IMG/VR virus record: IMGVR_UViG_3300047552_000229
Coordinates: 2,630-66,629 of that record
Length of the DNA: 64,000 nt
Source of the DNA: a virus
Reading direction: 5' to 3' (one strand)
Below the pieces are notes generated by a model. It saw only the letters and a program-made list of their open reading frames with translations. It was not told the origin of the DNA and searched no databases. The translations under genes were made by a program, and so were the position numbers. Below are positions 34,720 through 46,400 of this stretch, piece after piece. Position 1 is the first letter of the stretch, and every line of letters begins with the position of its first letter.

Positions 34720-36864
34720 ATGTGGGGGCAACCTCTCCTACGATACACAGGCTTAAGCGAGAAAGAAACTCCCACCTACTTCCGTAGGGGGGAGCTTATT
34801 CTTAACGGGGCGCGTAGTAAGAAAGGCGGACCGGTATGGTTCTCTAAGAAAGAACTGTACCTGCGATCTGACAAGACCGTACTTCTGATAGCAGAGATTC
34901 GTGGTACCGACGAGTTCATTACTCTGGTAGGCTCGTGCACAGGTAGCTACGTAGAGTACGGCGCGCTGTCCATCGGCGGACATCACATAAACAATCCCGA
35001 AGCTGTAACCCCAAGCACTATCGACACTGGTAGCGTCATACCTTGGACAGCGGCGTTGCCTCCTGTCGAGGAGGCTCCCAACGGCACGTACACCTCGATG
35101 GTGTACAACTTCCCCGAAGGGAAAATCAAGCTAGAGCCTGACGACTACAGCATGTTAGCTGCCAAGAAGTACACGGCATATCAGTGCAAGCCGTCGATGG
35201 CTACTGGTAAGATGCGGCTGTTCTTCCAAGCCATCCTTGGCTCATACCCAGAACGCCTTAGTCCCGTGAACACTGGGGTGTTCCACTACACTACCAACGG
35301 CAAGCACGTAAGTATCTCTTACAACAACATCATTTTTCGGGACGACAACGGTACGTACTGGCTCATCTCCGCTAGCGGTACGTCGGCAGGTGTCTGGCGC
35401 ATGACGTTCTCGGAATGCGCGGCCCAGTACCTAGCTATCTTGAAGCGTGGGCGTATTAGCGAGGACGAGAATACTACCGGCCTCACCAGAGAACAAGAAG
35501 CACAGCTAGAGACGATCCTGTTCACCTATTACGTGGTACCTGACTACGAGAATCGTGACAGGACCAAGGGCGCAGTTAACTTCTTCTCTGTACCGTTGTC
35601 GCCAGAATTGACTAGCATCGGCCACCACTGGCACGCGGCATATCGGTTAGCAGAAGCCGTGTCTGTCGGAGGGCTTCCGTTCTCTGTTACAAACGAGTTG
35701 TGCAAGCTCACTATATCTACTACTCAGTTGCCACAGCCCGGTGACGAGGACCAGACCATACGACCCCCGGTCCTTAATACATCCATACTGGATTCCGGCA
35801 CGGCAGATCGTGCATGGAAGAAGGACTGGGTGTGGTCGCCCAACGAAGCTGTGCAAGCGCAGCAAGGAGGTACCCCAGACGGTCCGGGCGTGGCAGGCAC
35901 TAAGCCGCAGCTAGCTTTTTACGACTGGCAGGACGAGATGGTAGCGGTCTACTATTATCGTTCGGGGGTAATAGCGACAGTTACAGATGAGGTACCTAGA
36001 AACTATTTCTGCGCTCCTGAAGGTACATGGCACGAACACACTAAAGTGAAATCTAACTTCGTCAATACCGGATGGATAGTCACCGGAGGTGGTGGAGGGG
36101 TGGCCCCTATGGCGGACCAGTATACATCAGTGGACAACGTGACCGATGCATATACTGAGTTCAGTGGTGTAACTGAGGAGATGATAGGCGATTTCACGTA
36201 CTCTCCGGATGGATATTCCTTCCCACGACTTCCCGCAGGGTCTGTTATATGTCCGGGCGGCGTAGACGCTGCACCTACAATCTGCCCGCCCGGTGTCTGG
36301 AGAGCATTCTTTTACGACTCTGGTAGCACTATAGTAGAAAAGGTAAAGTCCCTCAATACTGGCGCGCAGCCGCGTACGCTGTATATGATCCCGTTCGATA
36401 CTGTGGACGGGTGTTATGTAGGAGCAATGACTCAGACCTTCTCTGTAGGAGATATCTTTGAGAACAACTACAAAGGATACAACACGTACTATGAAGAGTT
36501 CGGGTGCGGCTACAGGAAAGCTATTTACGAAACCATGAATAGCACGCCGTATCTTCACGAGAAGATAGGGGATAACGAGGAAACTATTACTTGGGAAGTG
36601 TACGCTGTTACACAGAACGGAATATTCCCGGTCGACAGCGGGTCTGTTAGTAGGTCTTGGAAGGACGGAGAGCCTAAGCCGCCGATGCCGCCTCTTTCTG
36701 CATGGGGGGATATGCTAGCTACATCAGACGGGCAGTTCCCACAGTACAAGTTCACCATGCGCTTCGGTGTAACTACCTTGGGGCAGTATACGGCGCAACC
36801 AAAAGAAGATATGATTCACATAGGCGGGCACATCGCCGGTGATCGGTTTATAGGGTGGGCATAA
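34720..36864 (+). CDS. hypothetical tail-region protein (714 aa)
   Basis: Long ORF coupled to its neighbours; aromatic and beta-rich. Confidence 0.65.
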   Translation: MWGQPLLRYTGLSEKETPTYFRRGELILNGARSKKGGPVWFSKKELYLRSDKTVLLIAEIRGTDEFITLVGSCTGSYVEYGALSIGGHHINNPEAVTPSTIDTGSVIPWTAALPPVEEAPNGTYTSMVYNFPEGKIKLEPDDYSMLAAKKYTAYQCKPSMATGKMRLFFQAILGSYPERLSPVNTGVFHYTTNGKHVSISYNNIIFRDDNGTYWLISASGTSAGVWRMTFSECAAQYLAILKRGRISEDENTTGLTREQEAQLETILFTYYVVPDYENRDRTKGAVNFFSVPLSPELTSIGHHWHAAYRLAEAVSVGGLPFSVTNELCKLTISTTQLPQPGDEDQTIRPPVLNTSILDSGTADRAWKKDWVWSPNEAVQAQQGGTPDGPGVAGTKPQLAFYDWQDEMVAVYYYRSGVIATVTDEVPRNYFCAPEGTWHEHTKVKSNFVNTGWIVTGGGGGVAPMADQYTSVDNVTDAYTEFSGVTEEMIGDFTYSPDGYSFPRLPAGSVICPGGVDAAPTICPPGVWRAFFYDSGSTIVEKVKSLNTGAQPRTLYMIPFDTVDGCYVGAMTQTFSVGDIFENNYKGYNTYYEEFGCGYRKAIYETMNSTPYLHEKIGDNEETITWEVYAVTQNGIFPVDSGSVSRSWKDGEPKPPMPPLSAWGDMLATSDGQFPQYKFTMRFGVTTLGQYTAQPKEDMIHIGGHIAGDRFIGWA

Positions 36865-37496
36865 TGGCGACACTTACCAGAGCATACAACTCGTTCAACT
36901 ACGGCCTCCTGCGGGGACGGTTCAACGTCACTAGCGACACGTACAAGCTCGCGCTGCTCTCGGCTTCTTACGAGCCTGTCACTATTGCTTCGGTCCGCAA
37001 CTCCCTGTTTGCATACAACCTGAACGATGTTGTGTACAACGCTACGTACGGTAAGTATTACACCGTGGTTCAAGCCGGTACTACTTCCTCCGGAACTCCT
37101 ACCTTCACAGGCACCTTGAACGAGTTGATTACTGACGGCAGCGTTATCTGGCGCTGCGACGGCCCTACACCTCCGTCCGACCATGACGCATGGGCTGATG
37201 TTTCTGCGTACGAGGTGACTGATGTCACCTACCCAGTAGGCGGTGTGGCACTGGTATCCCCCGCTGCGTCGATTCTGTATGGGCAAGGCGTACTGACTGC
37301 TACCGACATAGACGTAGCCGTTCAAGCTGTTACTGCCAAGTATGTAGTGATATACAAAGACGCAACTGTGGATAGCGTGGTCAAGCCGTTGATCTGCTAC
37401 TTTGCGATAAATGACACCGGAGCCACAAGCACTGTGAATTCCGGCTTCTTCCGGTTCCGCTTCGGTCCGGAAGGCATCCTGCATCTGGGGGTCTGA
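36864..37496 (+). CDS. tail protein with an inserted carbohydrate-binding-like repeat
   Basis: DTYKLALL...YPVGG..L...AKYVVIY...LICY; insert AYNLNDVV...VVQAGTT...P......ITDGSVIW. Confidence 0.65.
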   Translation: MATLTRAYNSFNYGLLRGRFNVTSDTYKLALLSASYEPVTIASVRNSLFAYNLNDVVYNATYGKYYTVVQAGTTSSGTPTFTGTLNELITDGSVIWRCDGPTPPSDHDAWADVSAYEVTDVTYPVGGVALVSPAASILYGQGVLTATDIDVAVQAVTAKYVVIYKDATVDSVVKPLICYFAINDTGATSTVNSGFFRFRFGPEGILHLGV

Positions 37497-38182
37497 TGCC
37501 TAAGCTTACTTGGGGTACAGCCGTAGCAGACAAGAACGCCAACCTAACGTCTTCCAACGGTGGGCTGACGCTTACCGCCGCTGCTTCTGCTAACCTCTCA
37601 GCCCGGATGATCAACGTAACATCCGTGGCTAGTCAGTACCTGTATCGCACTGCCGGTGCACCTAGATGGGTGGAGTGGGCCGTGACTTCAGCCGCTACCA
37701 GTGCTACGTCGCCTACTCTGTGTGCAGGATCGGGCACATTCGGTACAGGTACCGTACAAGCACAGCAGGCCAGTACCATAAGTATCCGCCCCTCCGGCGC
37801 AGCGTGGCAGGCGTACCTCGGTACCGGCGCCTCTGGGAGTACGTTCGGCACGTTTGCAGTAAGCACGTTGCATCGCATAGGACTGGTTGTGGACTTCAAC
37901 AACCTGAAAGCCAAGTTCTATGTCAACGGTACGCCCGGCGCTGAGATAACCATTACGTCCGCACAGCTTACCGCGATGACTTTAACCATGTCATGCCTGA
38001 TTAGCGGCGAGATCAACACCATCAACGTGGGCTACGATTCCGCAGGGGTATACACACCCGCTACACATCTGAGCGCGTACTTGACCGATTACCCGAACGC
38101 AATACCTTGGCAGGACGATTTGTTCCGGCCTACTATAACACCAGTAATTTCACCGCGCCCTCTGGCGCACATTAGACTGTAA
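37496..38182 (+). CDS. SPRY/ConA-like fibre domain protein
   Basis: LTSSNGGLT...WVEW...RIGLVVDF.N.K..FYVNG. Confidence 0.55.
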   Translation: MPKLTWGTAVADKNANLTSSNGGLTLTAAASANLSARMINVTSVASQYLYRTAGAPRWVEWAVTSAATSATSPTLCAGSGTFGTGTVQAQQASTISIRPSGAAWQAYLGTGASGSTFGTFAVSTLHRIGLVVDFNNLKAKFYVNGTPGAEITITSAQLTAMTLTMSCLISGEINTINVGYDSAGVYTPATHLSAYLTDYPNAIPWQDDLFRPTITPVISPRPLAHIRL

Positions 38183-38193
38183 GGAGATACATC

Positions 38194-38682
38194 ATGGCAG
38201 GCGTTATTGGCATAGCAACACCCGGAGCCGCGTCTGGCGGCGCGGCAGAAGTAGCGGTTGCAGCCGCTACCACCAAGACCGTTCTTCAGCTTCAAGCTGT
38301 AACCCACCGCCTTAAGGTGCTTGGTTGGGGTATTTACTTCGACAGCACCAACACCGCGTACGAACCGGTTCTGGTGAAGCTCATTCGTCAGACTAGCGCG
38401 GGCACTATGTCTACCGGCGCAGCGTACTCGATTACTGACTCTAGTACGCCAGTAGCCGCTGCGACTTCGTTCAACGCTACCGCTGAACCGACTCCCACTG
38501 CGAGCTATTCTGTTATGGACGTGGTTGAAGTGCACCCACAGCAGGGCTACGAGGTGAAGTATCCGATGGGTCAGGAAATCATCGTCAACCCCGGCGCTTC
38601 GGAAAACCGTATCGGCATCGTGTGTACGACTGCCACAGGTGTAGCTGTTAACTGTACCGCGAAGATCATCTTCGAGGAGTAA
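38194..38682 (+). CDS. virion structural protein
   Basis: SD TAAGGAG; beta-rich, ends IIFEE. Confidence 0.65.
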   Translation: MAGVIGIATPGAASGGAAEVAVAAATTKTVLQLQAVTHRLKVLGWGIYFDSTNTAYEPVLVKLIRQTSAGTMSTGAAYSITDSSTPVAAATSFNATAEPTPTASYSVMDVVEVHPQQGYEVKYPMGQEIIVNPGASENRIGIVCTTATGVAVNCTAKIIFEE

Positions 38683-38688
38683 TAGCTC

Positions 38689-39837
38689 GTGAGCGTTCAC
38701 GGCCCGCTAAGTAGACGAGTAGGATCGTGGTCTGCCTCGCTTGAGGTAGTCCCGATCATATACACCGACGTAACGTCGGCGGCTATTGTCGCCAACGGGT
38801 CGGCTATCTCTATCAATCAGACTCTTACAGCCAACCTAGTGCATGGTGGCTCGTATGGTCTGTCGTCCTACGGCACGGTCCAAGAACCAAACGGCGTTGA
38901 TGTAGAGCTACCCAAGCTAGCCCTTGCTGCGTTCACAGGACCGCAGGCTCGCCCAACACTCCCTGCATTAACTCTCGAAGCTACCGGTACAGTACCTAGC
39001 ATCGGACGGGTAGCTGCCGACCTCCCTGCGCTGTCGCTTGTAGCTACAGGTCGGGTAGGCAGCGTATCCGCCGCGCAGATCATACTGCCGGATGCTTTCG
39101 TTATCCGTGCGTTCTCTGGTGCACAGTTCCGTGGTCTGCTCCGTGACAGGTATTCTGTATCTTCGAACGGTCTGGTAGGTCAGGTAGGTGGCGCACAGCT
39201 TCTGCATCGCGGGTTCTATGTAATCAACGCGTCTGGCTCTACAGGCGGTGTGGCTACTGCGATACTCACACTGCCTGCTCTAAGCATGGTGCCGAGTGCA
39301 TCGGCCAACCTGACCATTGAACCGCTGTGGGCCTACGCAACTGGCTACGCTTCATCGGCTACCTACGAAGCCTACGCAGTCAACCTAGCCAACGGTGCTG
39401 TTACGCGCTACACGAACTTCCCGTTCCACAACATCGTGCGCCTGAAGGATCGTCACTTCCTTGTGTCGGATACTGGCATGTTCGAGTTGTCTGGCTCTGT
39501 AGACAAGGTGGACAACAACACCCAGTACAACATCGAGTCTACTGTTAAGTTCTTCGCGGTGGATATTGGGTCGGTCCTGCGCAAGCGCGTGTGGCTCGCC
39601 TACTTCTCCGGACGCATCGAGAACGGTGCGTACATCACGGTGCAGGCCGATGAAGGAACTGAATATACTTACTCCATGCCTACTCTCGACCCATACGTGT
39701 CGATGGTGCATCGGGTACCAATTGGCAAGGGGATCAACGGGATGTACTATACGTTTACCTTCCAGAACATGAACAGCGGTAAAATGGAGCTTGATCGACT
39801 TGAAGTGATCACCGACATTACGACTAGGGGTATCTGA
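38689..39837 (+). CDS. tail structural protein
   Basis: LP.L.L.ATG repeats; C-terminal AVN..NGAVTRY.NF.F...HRV..GKG..G.YY.F. Confidence 0.65.
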   Translation: MSVHGPLSRRVGSWSASLEVVPIIYTDVTSAAIVANGSAISINQTLTANLVHGGSYGLSSYGTVQEPNGVDVELPKLALAAFTGPQARPTLPALTLEATGTVPSIGRVAADLPALSLVATGRVGSVSAAQIILPDAFVIRAFSGAQFRGLLRDRYSVSSNGLVGQVGGAQLLHRGFYVINASGSTGGVATAILTLPALSMVPSASANLTIEPLWAYATGYASSATYEAYAVNLANGAVTRYTNFPFHNIVRLKDRHFLVSDTGMFELSGSVDKVDNNTQYNIESTVKFFAVDIGSVLRKRVWLAYFSGRIENGAYITVQADEGTEYTYSMPTLDPYVSMVHRVPIGKGINGMYYTFTFQNMNSGKMELDRLEVITDITTRGI

Positions 39838-41741
39838 TGGCTGATATTGATGCAATTATTAATGGGGCACAGACCAGAGCTAGCGAGACAGTAGCAAGCG
39901 CTGATGCTGTTCTGATGGGTGCTATCTCGGCCCTTGGCGATCCCCCGACTCTTACTATCAGCGACTTCCCGCTAAGCGGTATCAACTCATCTGGTATGGG
40001 CGGGCTAGCAGCCCCTGACTTCGATGGTCAGCCGTACCAAGAGCCTCCGTTCAATGTACTAGAGCCTGTGATGCAGGACGTGCCGTTGATCACCTTCGGT
40101 ACCTCCCCTGTCCTCAACGCTACCAAGGAAGTGTTCATCTCTCCGGTCAAGCCTACAGAGATGGCTGCGTTCACTGGCGTGATGCCTACGGTTGAGGATG
40201 TAGTCATCCCGCCACCGCCTGCCGGGCTTGATGCTTTCAACGTCACACCCCCTACGATCAATGACGTTGTACTGCCCCCGGCACCTACTGCGGTAATTCC
40301 CGACTTTACCGCAGTAGCACCTACGGTAAATCTGGCACAGCCCGGTGACTTCGCAGAAACGTACCGTCAGGACTATGCGGCAATTAACCCAGTAATGCGA
40401 GAAGCCGTACGGCAATCAGCGGAAGATTATCTGCGGTTCATCAACCCAGAGTTCTTCAACGCGATGGCTCAGCTTGAGGCCAAGTACAACGAATTCCTTC
40501 AAGGCGGTACTGCGCTTCCTCCCGCTGTTGAGCAGGCCATCTATGACCGTGCCCGCGACAAGACCAACGAGGAATACATTAAGAATGTAGATGTAATCTA
40601 TTCCGAAGGTGCCAAGCGGGGTTTCACAATCCCGTCTGGGGCGATGATGTCGTCCGTGCTTCAGGCTCGTCAGGGCGTGTCGGACAACAACACCCGTGTC
40701 GCCTTCGAGATCGCTATTAAGCAGGCGGAGCTTGAGCAACAGAATATGCAGTGGGCTATGACTCAATCCCAGAACCTCCGTCAACTGGCGGTGGGGGCTG
40801 TCATGCAGTGGGCAGGCCACTGTGTAACTCTCAACGGCCACTCCCTTGAGTACGCTCGTGACATCCTGCAAGCTATGGTGGCTGTGTACGACACTATGGT
40901 TAAGATCGTATCTGCACAGATCGAGGTCTACAAGGCAGAGGCTTCTGTCTATGGTGCTCGCGTGCAGGCCGCGCTTGCCATCTACGAAGTCTACAAGGCT
41001 GAACTCGAAGGTATCAAGACGCAGGTAGAGGTCGATGGCGCTCGCGTGCAGGCCTACACCGCACAGGTACAAGCGTATGGTGCTCTAGCCAACGCATACA
41101 AGGCGATCCTTGATGGCGTGGCTACCAAGGCAGAGATTCAGAAGCTGAAGGTGGATATGTTCGGTACGGAAGTGCAGGCGTACTCCGCACTTGTCGGTGC
41201 CAAGACCGCTGAATGGCAGGGGTACTCTGCTCAGATCAACGGCGAGGTTGCCAAGATCGGCGCATATAAAGCACAGGTTGATGCGTACAGCGCAGAAGTT
41301 GATGCGTACAAGGCACAGATTCAAGCACAGGCTTCGGGTATCGACGGCATCACCTCTGCGAACAACGGCAAGGCTCAGGTGTATAGCGCAGCGATACAGG
41401 CGTACCGTGCACGCGTCGAAGCTGCTTCGGCAGAGGCTCAGGCCTACGTCAGCCAGTTCAACGCAAAGATCGCTGCTTATGTGGCAGAGGTCAACGCAGC
41501 CGCAGAGAACGCTCGCGTACAGGCACAGACCTCTGCTACTGAAGCACAGGTTGGCGTGGCTGCTTATCAGGCTCAGATACAGGCGGTTGTCGCAGGCGCC
41601 CAGATGAGTTCTGCACATAGCAGAGGTGTGGCCGAGATCATGGTCAGTGCTGGAAATGCGTACGCGGGTATGGCACAATCTGCTATGGCCGGTGTTGGTA
41701 CACTGGCATCCGAGAATAAGTTCTACGAGCCTACGGCTTAA
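39837..41741 (+). CDS. long coiled-coil internal/ejection protein
   Basis: Pro-rich N-terminus followed by more than 350 aa of A/Q/Y periodic repeats (AYKAQVDAYSAEVDAYKAQ). Confidence 0.7.
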   Translation: MADIDAIINGAQTRASETVASADAVLMGAISALGDPPTLTISDFPLSGINSSGMGGLAAPDFDGQPYQEPPFNVLEPVMQDVPLITFGTSPVLNATKEVFISPVKPTEMAAFTGVMPTVEDVVIPPPPAGLDAFNVTPPTINDVVLPPAPTAVIPDFTAVAPTVNLAQPGDFAETYRQDYAAINPVMREAVRQSAEDYLRFINPEFFNAMAQLEAKYNEFLQGGTALPPAVEQAIYDRARDKTNEEYIKNVDVIYSEGAKRGFTIPSGAMMSSVLQARQGVSDNNTRVAFEIAIKQAELEQQNMQWAMTQSQNLRQLAVGAVMQWAGHCVTLNGHSLEYARDILQAMVAVYDTMVKIVSAQIEVYKAEASVYGARVQAALAIYEVYKAELEGIKTQVEVDGARVQAYTAQVQAYGALANAYKAILDGVATKAEIQKLKVDMFGTEVQAYSALVGAKTAEWQGYSAQINGEVAKIGAYKAQVDAYSAEVDAYKAQIQAQASGIDGITSANNGKAQVYSAAIQAYRARVEAASAEAQAYVSQFNAKIAAYVAEVNAAAENARVQAQTSATEAQVGVAAYQAQIQAVVAGAQMSSAHSRGVAEIMVSAGNAYAGMAQSAMAGVGTLASENKFYEPTA

Positions 41742-41751
41742 GGAGTAAGAA

Positions 41752-43491
41752 ATGGCTATTTCCCCGTTGTCCGATCTTGCGTTTGATCCACGTAGCAACG
41801 CGCATGTGGGTGCCGCCCAGAGAGAAGCCGAACTGAATAATATTCTTAAGTCGAGCATCAACCCCAACCCCGCAGAGGCGGAGATTCTCGCGCAAGCAAA
41901 GCCGAGCGGCGGATACTGGGATAGCCCCGGCCCCCAATCAGCCACACGTGCCACTACTGCTAGTCAGGGTAGAGCGCCCTTGCGTAGTATTACTGCTCGC
42001 GCAGGGGATGCAGCTAAAGACTATCTCGCCCCCAAGGGTAGGGTGGGTAAGGCTGCACTTGGCGCTGCCAAGTGGGGCGGCAAGGGTCTGGCTAAGGTAA
42101 TCCCCGGCGTAGGTGTGGCCTACGAAGGCACCGCAGCTTTGGGCGACCTGATGGATGGACAGTTCCTGAACAAGCTCGACAAGAGCGGCAACATCGACAG
42201 GGGTTTCTTGCACCATGCAGCAGGCGCGGTAGCCAACGCATTCGGACCAGTAGGTACTGCCGTGGATATGGCATCCTCTACTGATGCAGCGGCTAAGCAC
42301 TTGCTCAACGCAGAAGACCGTGCGGCCTTCGACGCGCAGGAAGCGGCCCGCGTGTCTGCTCAGTCTGCTCCGGGCGTATCCCCGGAAGAAGAGGCTGACA
42401 TGCAGCAACGTCCGCAGGGTAACGGCGCACAGCCTGCGCAAGGGGTTGCTCCTGCACCCCGTACGCAGTACGACGTTATCCAAGAGATGCTTGATGACGC
42501 GATGCTGTACAAGGGTGCTACCGACACGGAGCCTGCATGGCGTAAAGAACTAGTGAAGCAGGCAACTGACCCCAACGAGAAGTACACCCCTTACGCAATC
42601 CCGGACGAGAACGCCGGGATTCGTGAGAACATGCGCGAACGGTACATGAACTGGGCCAACTCTCGCCATCCTCGTAGCATCTTGGTAGGTGAGAAGCTGT
42701 CGCAAGGTCTGAAGGAACTGACCGATGCACGGAACCAACAGCACAACATCATGGCAGGGGATGTGCAGAACATCCGTGGGCAGCACGGCTATGATAAACA
42801 GCGTCTGCTTGAGCTTCATAACCAAGAGCAGGATGCTGATATCAGCCGCGAGCAGAACCGTATGCAGGGTCAGGCAAACCTCATCGGGCGTGCGTCTACT
42901 CTTGCGGGCGTCATGCGCGATACGCAGAAGGCGCTCTGGGATCGTAAGAGCAGCAACCGTGACCGCGCCATGAAGCTTTTCGAAGCTCTGGGTGGCGAGG
43001 ATAAGTCCGTGGGCGCGAAGATGCTCGCAGAGTTCGACCTTAAGAACTCTCAATTGAAGGACGAGAACGGTAACGTGATCGACGCCGCAGACTTGCCGCC
43101 GGGACAGTATGAAGCACTGATATCTCAGCACATCGATGCTATGAAGAACGTAGAAGGTCAGCGTAACGCGCTTCCCTTCTGGAGTTCTACGCCTGTGTCC
43201 CCTCTGGATGCAGACATCAGAAAAACTACTGCGTATCCGGGGTTCCTCCCGTCTATCGGAGGGGGCATGAGTCCATACACTGCCGCCAAGACTTCTCTCA
43301 AGGGATTGGTGGGCGGTAATACAGATATGGCTGTAGGTCGGGGTGGAGTATTGTTCCCGATAGGAGAAGCATCGGATGTATCTCGTCAGCGTTTGGCAGA
43401 AGAAGCTGCATTGGCTCTGAAATCAGGTAAACTATCTGCTGAAGAAGCAAGAGCAATGGAACTTCAACTTAACCAAGCGCTAGGAAGATAA
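41752..43491 (+). CDS. internal virion (ejection) protein
   Basis: SD TAAGGAG; Gly/Ala amphipathic segments plus a Q-rich coil; precedes the giant gene. Confidence 0.65.
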   Translation: MAISPLSDLAFDPRSNAHVGAAQREAELNNILKSSINPNPAEAEILAQAKPSGGYWDSPGPQSATRATTASQGRAPLRSITARAGDAAKDYLAPKGRVGKAALGAAKWGGKGLAKVIPGVGVAYEGTAALGDLMDGQFLNKLDKSGNIDRGFLHHAAGAVANAFGPVGTAVDMASSTDAAAKHLLNAEDRAAFDAQEAARVSAQSAPGVSPEEEADMQQRPQGNGAQPAQGVAPAPRTQYDVIQEMLDDAMLYKGATDTEPAWRKELVKQATDPNEKYTPYAIPDENAGIRENMRERYMNWANSRHPRSILVGEKLSQGLKELTDARNQQHNIMAGDVQNIRGQHGYDKQRLLELHNQEQDADISREQNRMQGQANLIGRASTLAGVMRDTQKALWDRKSSNRDRAMKLFEALGGEDKSVGAKMLAEFDLKNSQLKDENGNVIDAADLPPGQYEALISQHIDAMKNVEGQRNALPFWSSTPVSPLDADIRKTTAYPGFLPSIGGGMSPYTAAKTSLKGLVGGNTDMAVGRGGVLFPIGEASDVSRQRLAEEAALALKSGKLSAEEARAMELQLNQALGR

Positions 43492-46400
43492 TGAGCCTGC
43501 TTTCCGATTTCGCCCCCGGACCGTCGTTACTACGAAGCTTCACCCCCGAAACCGACACATCCGTAGCTGCTGACTTAGTAAAACAGACCGTAAACCCCCA
43601 TGAGAATTATTTCTCGCAAGGGCTACGGTCTGCCTTTATGGGTCAAGGTGCAGGCGATCTGTTCCAAGAAGCTCTTGATGCCGAAAGCAAAGGTGATCGC
43701 GTCGGTGCGATGATCCTTAAGCATCGGGCGGAACAACTTCAGCAAGAAGCTAACCTCGAAAGAGGTGCGGTTCCTACTTGGGAACAAGCAAGCAACCTGA
43801 CACAAGGCCTTCGCCCACTCACCCAGTACGCTATGTCAGGTATGGGTCAGGGTGCGGGTTCTATGCTTCCTTCTATCGCAGCCGCTGCGATTACTCCATT
43901 CGGGCCTCTAGCAAAGACCGTAGCAGCAGCAATCCCTGCCTATGGCATGAATCGCGGCGAGCAGGTAGGCAAGCAATACGCAGACCCTGAGCAAGCTATA
44001 CTGCCTGTTGACGTACGTCAGAGCAACGCTTCCAAGTATGCAGCCACGGCCTCTGTACCTGACGCAATCGTACCGGGAGCTATCGGTGCGCGTATGTTCG
44101 GCAAGAAGGTAGGCGGAGCACTAGACTCTGCCGCAGGTACTATGGGTTGGGAAGGTGCTACAGAAGCTATCCAGAACCGCATGAGCGACTACGCTCAGAA
44201 GCAACTGAACCCTGAGCATCAGTACGATAGCGCAGAGGATATGGAAAACTTCCGCCAAGGTGTGCTTGGTGGTGCCTTCGGTCACGCGCTTACCCTGCCC
44301 GGTCAGGCAATAGGTGCCGCAGGGGAGGCTTCCCTTACAGCAGGCAAGGACCTGTTCGGCAAAATTCAGGAGAGCAACGCTGTCAAATCTCTGGCTGACT
44401 CCTACGCCAAGAACGGCATCGTAGGTGTAGCCACCGACGCACTTGGTAGCGCCGCTGATAACATTGGCGTTTTTGCAGCCAATGTGCGGGCGATGCACAA
44501 CGTGGCTAAGGTCTACGGATGGACTCCGATCATCAAGGATCAGATCGATGAGTTGTCCGGCCAGAACAAGTTTATCAATAGACTGGTCGCATCCTTCGGT
44601 ACGTTAGGGGCTACTACCAACAAGGTGTTGTTTGGCAAGGATGGGTCAGCACAGACGCTGATGAGCAACCTTGCCAAGACTCCTGAGCGTATGCAAGGTC
44701 TTATCGCCGGTATGAATACCGCGCAGAAAGACGCGGCTGCTATTGAAGCAGCGCAATACGTACTTGGTAAGTTCCCTCCGCACTCCGACGCGAACAAGGC
44801 CGCACAGGCTGTGATGGAGCAGAAGAATCCGAGCAAGGAAGACTTGCAGGTAGTGCTTGCTGCTCATGCCATCTACAAGACGGGCGTCGAAGACCTCGAC
44901 TCTAGCAAGGCGTTCGATGATGCAGCCAACGCTGCTGAACTCCGCGCTAAAGACCCCGTCACTGCTCGCGCTGAGCTTGCTAACCGTATGCGTGACGCGA
45001 TTAACAGCGCCATACACATCAACGATTCTATAGAAGGCAGCAAAGACGTTTCGGACAAGCTGATCGACCTCAGCAACATTCAAGACGATCAAGAACTGAC
45101 CGGGCAGTATATGACTGCCAAAGAACTGGTACGAGGTGTAGAAGGAAGGGCCAAGGCAGGCTCTGAACTGGAAGCACTTAAAGGGCACATCAACAAGATC
45201 AACGAAGCTCGTAAGAACGCAGGCATAACGGAAGCGTTCTCCAAACTGACTGGCGCTAACATCAAAGGTGGGTTGGAAGGTGACGACCTTGCCGTTGCAG
45301 TGTACGAAGCTCTGTCCAAGAACGCGGATAAGACCGGCCTGTCCGAAGAGCAAATCAACGATGCGGTCAAGACCATCGTAGGATACTACAACGGTAACAA
45401 CGCGGCTTTGTTGGCTAAGGCAGGGAATGAGAAGGGGGGTGTGCTCTCTTCTATGTCTGACTTCGAGCGCAGTGTTAACTATCTGACTGGTGGCAAAAAG
45501 AAATACACCTCTGAGATTTACAAAGCTGTGTTTAAGAAGGTAGCGGGGGGTAATCCTACAGCCGTTCGCTTGTCCGACGCTGTTTTGAACGTACTTGGAG
45601 AGCGTGGGAATATAGAAGGACAAACAAAGAAGGGCGATACGGAACATCAGAAGGTGCTTACTGACGCAATAGAAGCAACCCGATTGATGTATGCTCCGCA
45701 GCATACCTCTGCCTTCGAATCGCCTATGCAGACGGCTGTTAAGAAACGCGAACAGCAACGTGTGTACGAGGAAATGGTCCAGAAGATATCGAACCATACA
45801 GGCACTAAGCCTGACATCGTTCGCACAGCCCTCTTGCTGCGGGCCAATCCGATGCACCACCAAGCAAAGATCAAAGCCGGTCTGCTCAACCCCGCTGCTA
45901 ACGTAGAAGGTAACTCTACTGATTCGTCTGTAACCGTGGCGATGATGAAGGACGTTCTACCACGAGAGGCAGATGACGAGGGCTACGGTGGGCAAGACGG
46001 AACTTTGAACTTGGTAGGTCAGGACGAAGCAGGTCTGTCTTATGATGCAGAAGCTACTCCTTACGAGTCCAAGCCGTTGTCGCCAGTAAACACCGAACAG
46101 TTTCGTAATCCGGGCGGTGAGTTTATCGCTGAGTTGAAGAAACTGCGCGCCATGTTGGAAGGCTCGCACAACATCTCTACCGTTACGATGAACGACTGGG
46201 CGTCTTCCAAGCTGCCTTGGGGCGAGCGCGGAAATATCCATAGCCGCAACCGTATGCTGCAAGATCACATGGACAACATCCTAGCGGATGACGCCAAGCG
46301 CCTCTCCGAGTTGACCACTCGCTACGGTGACTTGAAAGTATCCATCGCTACCCTACAGCTTAAGATGCAGGAAGCGTGGGAGATGTATGACGAGGCCAAC

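Noticed and set aside
44646-45863. 405-aa and other long antisense ORFs inside late genes (e.g. 12432-13286, 16458-17324, 41085-41954)
   Set aside because: Opposite well-supported genes, with L/V/H-rich shadow composition.
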